IMG/VR virus record: IMGVR_UViG_3300031673_000079
Location: 1-50,014 of that record
Origin: a virus
Strand: one strand, 5' to 3'
DNA: 50,014 bases
Both the position numbers and the translations under genes were made by a program. Positions 46,592 through 50,014 of the stretch are shown in pieces. The stretch's first letter is position 1; each line of letters opens with the position of its first letter. Below the pieces are notes generated by a model that saw nothing but the letters and a program-made list of their open reading frames with translations, searched no databases and had not been told where the DNA came from.

Positions 46592-47935
46592 TTAAATTCC
46601 GAATCCGGTATACACCTGAACAGCAGGGGCCCAAGGAGCGTATATACCAGCTACCCGCCTAAGCATACGGTACTGCGTCATAAACTGACCAGGAATAACA
46701 GGATAAACGAAGTCCATAAGAGGAGCACCAAAGCGAATAAGAGGCTGAGGAGCAGACTCCGGACCAGTACCAATCTCAGGAGCAGAAATAACCATATAGT
46801 CAGTCATAAGAGGATTGAATGTAGAATTGGCACTGAAAAGAGGCTCAGGGAAAATCTCGATATCAGGCGTCTGGCCGCTCTCAGTCTCCCCTGCCATGAA
46901 ATTATCCATGAAAGTCTTCAAAGAAGACTGCGGATTATAGACATTTGAATAGTTAACCGAAGAGAATAAGTTATAAGCAAGAGGACTCATCCCTACCCTA
47001 ACCTTAGTAACCTTGTTATAGGTATTATTAAGGAAAGAACGAATAGCCGCCGCGAACAACTTATACATATTCTGCCCGGCGGTTCCCGTAGAAGCCGCAT
47101 CTGTATAGAGAACTGACATAGAAGAGCCAATAGAAGACCATGCAGTAGGGGAATTGACAGTAAAAAGTCCAATAGTACCCGTACCAGAATTACCCCAGTA
47201 AATAAGATAATCCATAAGCATTTCAAGCGCCCAGTTAGCATAAGCTTGTTTATGAGGAATCATAGAGCCGGCCCACGGCGCTTGAGAAGACTCCATCCTT
47301 TTAAGTTCTTCCACAGAAAGCTTATAAGTGACGTCCATGTTAATAATAGGAGCAGTCATCATTCCGGTCTGCGTTTCCACATCCTGCGTCTTAACGTTAG
47401 CAGGAGAACCCGCATTACCAAGAGCAGCAAAACCGCTGTACTGCGACAGAGGAAGAGACATAACTTCTGCCCACGGATCGGTTCCGGATTCAAACTCGAC
47501 GAACTTACGAGCAACAGACCAGATAAGAGGCTGTCGAAAAATCTCCCTAAACCAGTTGACCGACCACGGAGTAAGAGTCTGAGACCCAATGAGAGAGTCG
47601 TTAGTGAATGAATCATTAACCATGAGTTTATTCACATGAATATCGTACTTCTTGGTATTTCTATTATAGGCAAAACGCATACCTACAGACTTAGGATCAT
47701 TCTTAGCAGCCGTAGCGACTTCAGAAGTATACCCCGTCTTGCTAAGATGCGCAGAATCACCCACATAGGTAGGGCAAGCAAGCGCACCAGTGTCGGAACC
47801 GTAGCGAGAATTAGTAGCAGGACCGATACGAAGATCGCAATCAGCTAAAGTATCAGAAATGGCGGGGTTATTTTGGAGCATCGTCTTAGCGATAGCACCA
47901 AGCTTACCGATACTCTTATCAACATCAATATTCAT
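46592..47935 (-). CDS. Major capsid protein (DUF2184-like, HK97 fold)
   Basis: Y..S.EEL...YWGN...G..GL...P...R.AG....P.A.....GI; RBS AAGGAG; synteny. Confidence 0.85.
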   Translation of the reverse strand: MNIDVDKSIGKLGAIAKTMLQNNPAISDTLADCDLRIGPATNSRYGSDTGALACPTYVGDSAHLSKTGYTSEVATAAKNDPKSVGMRFAYNRNTKKYDIHVNKLMVNDSFTNDSLIGSQTLTPWSVNWFREIFRQPLIWSVARKFVEFESGTDPWAEVMSLPLSQYSGFAALGNAGSPANVKTQDVETQTGMMTAPIINMDVTYKLSVEELKRMESSQAPWAGSMIPHKQAYANWALEMLMDYLIYWGNSGTGTIGLFTVNSPTAWSSIGSSMSVLYTDAASTGTAGQNMYKLFAAAIRSFLNNTYNKVTKVRVGMSPLAYNLFSSVNYSNVYNPQSSLKTFMDNFMAGETESGQTPDIEIFPEPLFSANSTFNPLMTDYMVISAPEIGTGPESAPQPLIRFGAPLMDFVYPVIPGQFMTQYRMLRRVAGIYAPWAPAVQVYTGFGI

Positions 47936-47949
47936 TTGTTACTCCTTAA

Positions 47950-48822
47950 TTACATCGTGACATAAAGCATAATGCCATTGGTATCAGTAGAAACTGACTT
48001 AACCACCGCACTAACCGCAGTATAACCAGTAGGAACACCAGTACCAGAAGGAAGAAGTCCTATTTCACCAGTAACATTACTAGCACAAACAACCGCACTA
48101 AGCGTAGGTGAAGCCGTAGCACCAGTACACACGACTCCGGAAGAATCATACGTAATTCCAGAAGGAGCCGCCCACGTACTAGCACCAATCCACGTCTGAA
48201 GCCAAACTTGCCCTTGATACATAAGAGTAATAGGAGCACCCTGAAGCATATAGTTGGCCTTAGCAGGATCGTTCTCTGCAACACCAGCATCATAGAGCGT
48301 AATTCCTCGTTGAAGCTGGCCAATTGTTCCAGAAGTGACTACAGTCTGAGCAAACTGGATATTACTCTTAGGGTTACCATCCGTATATACAGGGGCACTA
48401 GCATATGAACCGCTCTTAGCAGTAAACACAACAGCGGTAGTACCAGAAATAGCTGTAGTCCACCGGTAATAGATACCGGACGCTATAAGTCCAACAGCAG
48501 TAGCCGCAGCTACTCCTGACGCGATAGAAATAACAGTTCCATCTACATTAATATTAGTAGCAGCAGGAACAGTAGTCCCTGACACCGTAATAACTTCATT
48601 GTAGACAGAAGCAACATCCGCAGTGGAGATAGCCCCACAGTAAAAGTCTCCATCCGGACCTGAAGGATCAGAACCCATAACAATACCGAATTTAGCAACC
48701 TGCGTATCCATTGGGTCTTGATACCCACCGAGAGTCCACACACCATTGGGAGTGTAAGCAGGAACGCCATTCGGCTTACCTTGGCCCTTAAAGCCAAGGG
48801 TTAAAGTCATATTACTTTCCAT
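47950..48822 (-). CDS. Capsid decoration/cement protein, long paralog
   Basis: Shares both termini with 48836-49363 (RGI.LYDAGVA.NDPAK.NYMLQGAP). Confidence 0.7.
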   Translation of the reverse strand: MESNMTLTLGFKGQGKPNGVPAYTPNGVWTLGGYQDPMDTQVAKFGIVMGSDPSGPDGDFYCGAISTADVASVYNEVITVSGTTVPAATNINVDGTVISIASGVAAATAVGLIASGIYYRWTTAISGTTAVVFTAKSGSYASAPVYTDGNPKSNIQFAQTVVTSGTIGQLQRGITLYDAGVAENDPAKANYMLQGAPITLMYQGQVWLQTWIGASTWAAPSGITYDSSGVVCTGATASPTLSAVVCASNVTGEIGLLPSGTGVPTGYTAVSAVVKSVSTDTNGIMLYVTM

Positions 48823-48835
48823 TTAATTTCTCCTA

Positions 48836-49363
48836 TTATAAGTTAATATAGCACATAGCCGCACTATCGTCGTCATTAACGGCTTTTACCTTACAGTTTG
48901 TAAGTTTAGTCCATCCCCCAGGAGCGGACGTAGCACTTGGTACAAACTGAATTTCTCCTGTGATATTATTCACAATAAGCACTGATCCAAATACAGGAAC
49001 AATAGCTCCCGCAGCACTCACATTCCAACTATAATACCATATTGCACCTCTAAATACAACAGTTAAAGGTGCTCCTTGAAGCATATAGTTGTTCTTAGCG
49101 GGATCGTTTTGCGCAACCCCAGCATCATAAAGGACTATACCACGAGGCACATAACCACTAGGAATTCCAACGTACATAGCACCATCAGGATCGGAAGGAT
49201 TTGAAGACATGAGATTGCCAAAATAGGCGGAACCTCCCGCATCTGAGGAAGACTGATAACCTCCAAGAGTGAATAAACCAGCATTAGGAAGATAGACAGG
49301 AATACCATTCGGGATACCAGAACCCTTAAAGTATACTTGGCCAAAAGGCATATTATTTTCCAT
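48836..49363 (-). CDS. Capsid decoration/cement protein, short paralog
   Basis: 175 aa, between scaffold and major capsid gene. Confidence 0.7.
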   Translation of the reverse strand: MENNMPFGQVYFKGSGIPNGIPVYLPNAGLFTLGGYQSSSDAGGSAYFGNLMSSNPSDPDGAMYVGIPSGYVPRGIVLYDAGVAQNDPAKNNYMLQGAPLTVVFRGAIWYYSWNVSAAGAIVPVFGSVLIVNNITGEIQFVPSATSAPGGWTKLTNCKVKAVNDDDSAAMCYINL

Positions 49364-50014
49364 TATTTGACTCCTAACTTATTGAAAATATCCTCGATAG
49401 GATTATCAGCAATACTAGAAGTATCTATCTTAGCCGTACCAGGATAACGAGGAGTATTATCATGAATCGTCAAACTGTCAAGAATAGCATCTAGACTATC
49501 CTTAGCCTGTGAATTCTTCTCCTCTTTATCTTTAGAATCCTTAATTCCTTTTCGAAAAGAGTCATACATTTTCTTAGATACATACTTCATTTCTTCATCC
49601 TTGAGCCCATCGTAATCCTTCTCGAATACAGAATCATCGATAGTATCGTGCTCCTTATCTTCTTTCTTTTTAACTTCTGACTCTTCTTTCAGCGCCTTTC
49701 CTTCTTTCTTTTCAGGCGACTTTTCAGAAGACTTATCCTCATCTTTAATTTTCTCGTCCTCGGCCTTATCCTCATCTTTAATTTTCTCGTCCTTAGCCTT
49801 ATCCTTAGCCTTATCCTTAGAATCCTTCTCATCGTCTTTGGATTCTTCTTCCTTTTTCTTCTCGCCCTCTTTCTCTTCAGCCTTCTCCACGCCTTCTTTT
49901 TCTTCTTCCTTCTTCTCTTTCTTAGGCTCTTTCTCTTTAACTTCTTCTTCGGATTCAGCATCAAGAGTGGCGTAAAGTTTATTGATAATACCTCCAATAG
50001 CCTTAGCAGATTCG
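49363..50014 (-). CDS. 3' part of the DUF2213-like protease/scaffold gene (K/E/D-rich scaffold)
   Basis: In frame with the ATG at 1004 across the circular junction. Confidence 0.85.
   Translation of the reverse strand, partial: ESAKAIGGIINKLYATLDAESEEEVKEKEPKKEKKEEEKEGVEKAEEKEGEKKKEEESKDDEKDSKDKAKDKAKDEKIKDEDKAEDEKIKDEDKSSEKSPEKKEGKALKEESEVKKKEDKEHDTIDDSVFEKDYDGLKDEEMKYVSKKMYDSFRKGIKDSKDKEEKNSQAKDSLDAILDSLTIHDNTPRYPGTAKIDTSSIADNPIEDIFNKLGVK
49790..50014. repeat. Terminal direct repeat / circular assembly overlap (copy 2)
   Basis: Matches 1-225. Confidence 0.95.

Overview
The window looks like a complete, circularly assembled tailed-phage genome of about 49,789 bp: bases 1-225 recur at 49790-50014 with one mismatch. 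The virion module is on the minus strand and is myovirus-type: TerS/TerL, DUF1073-like portal, DUF2213-like protease/scaffold, two paralogous decoration proteins, major capsid, sheath, tube, frameshifted tail chaperone, short tape measure, baseplate, two fibres and lysis genes. The plus strand carries early accessory genes, a replication module (SNF2 helicase, primase, UvrD helicase, PolA) and a nucleotide-sugar/glycosyltransferase cluster. An SSB of the spirochaete type suggests a Spirochaetota host. I saw no integrase and no cas genes. Two observations stand out. (1) The early region (7.9-12 kb) is punctuated by RNA-cleavage elements: three identical solitary type I-C CRISPR repeats, a type I hammerhead ribozyme and two tRNA-like minihelices. 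The hammerhead and one repeat bracket an in-frame array of Gly-rich ORFs. (2) A phage-encoded deoxysugar and glycosyltransferase pathway co-occurs with Ser-Gly enrichment in outward-facing virion proteins, suggesting virion glycosylation. All family assignments come from motif recognition by eye, not from database searches.
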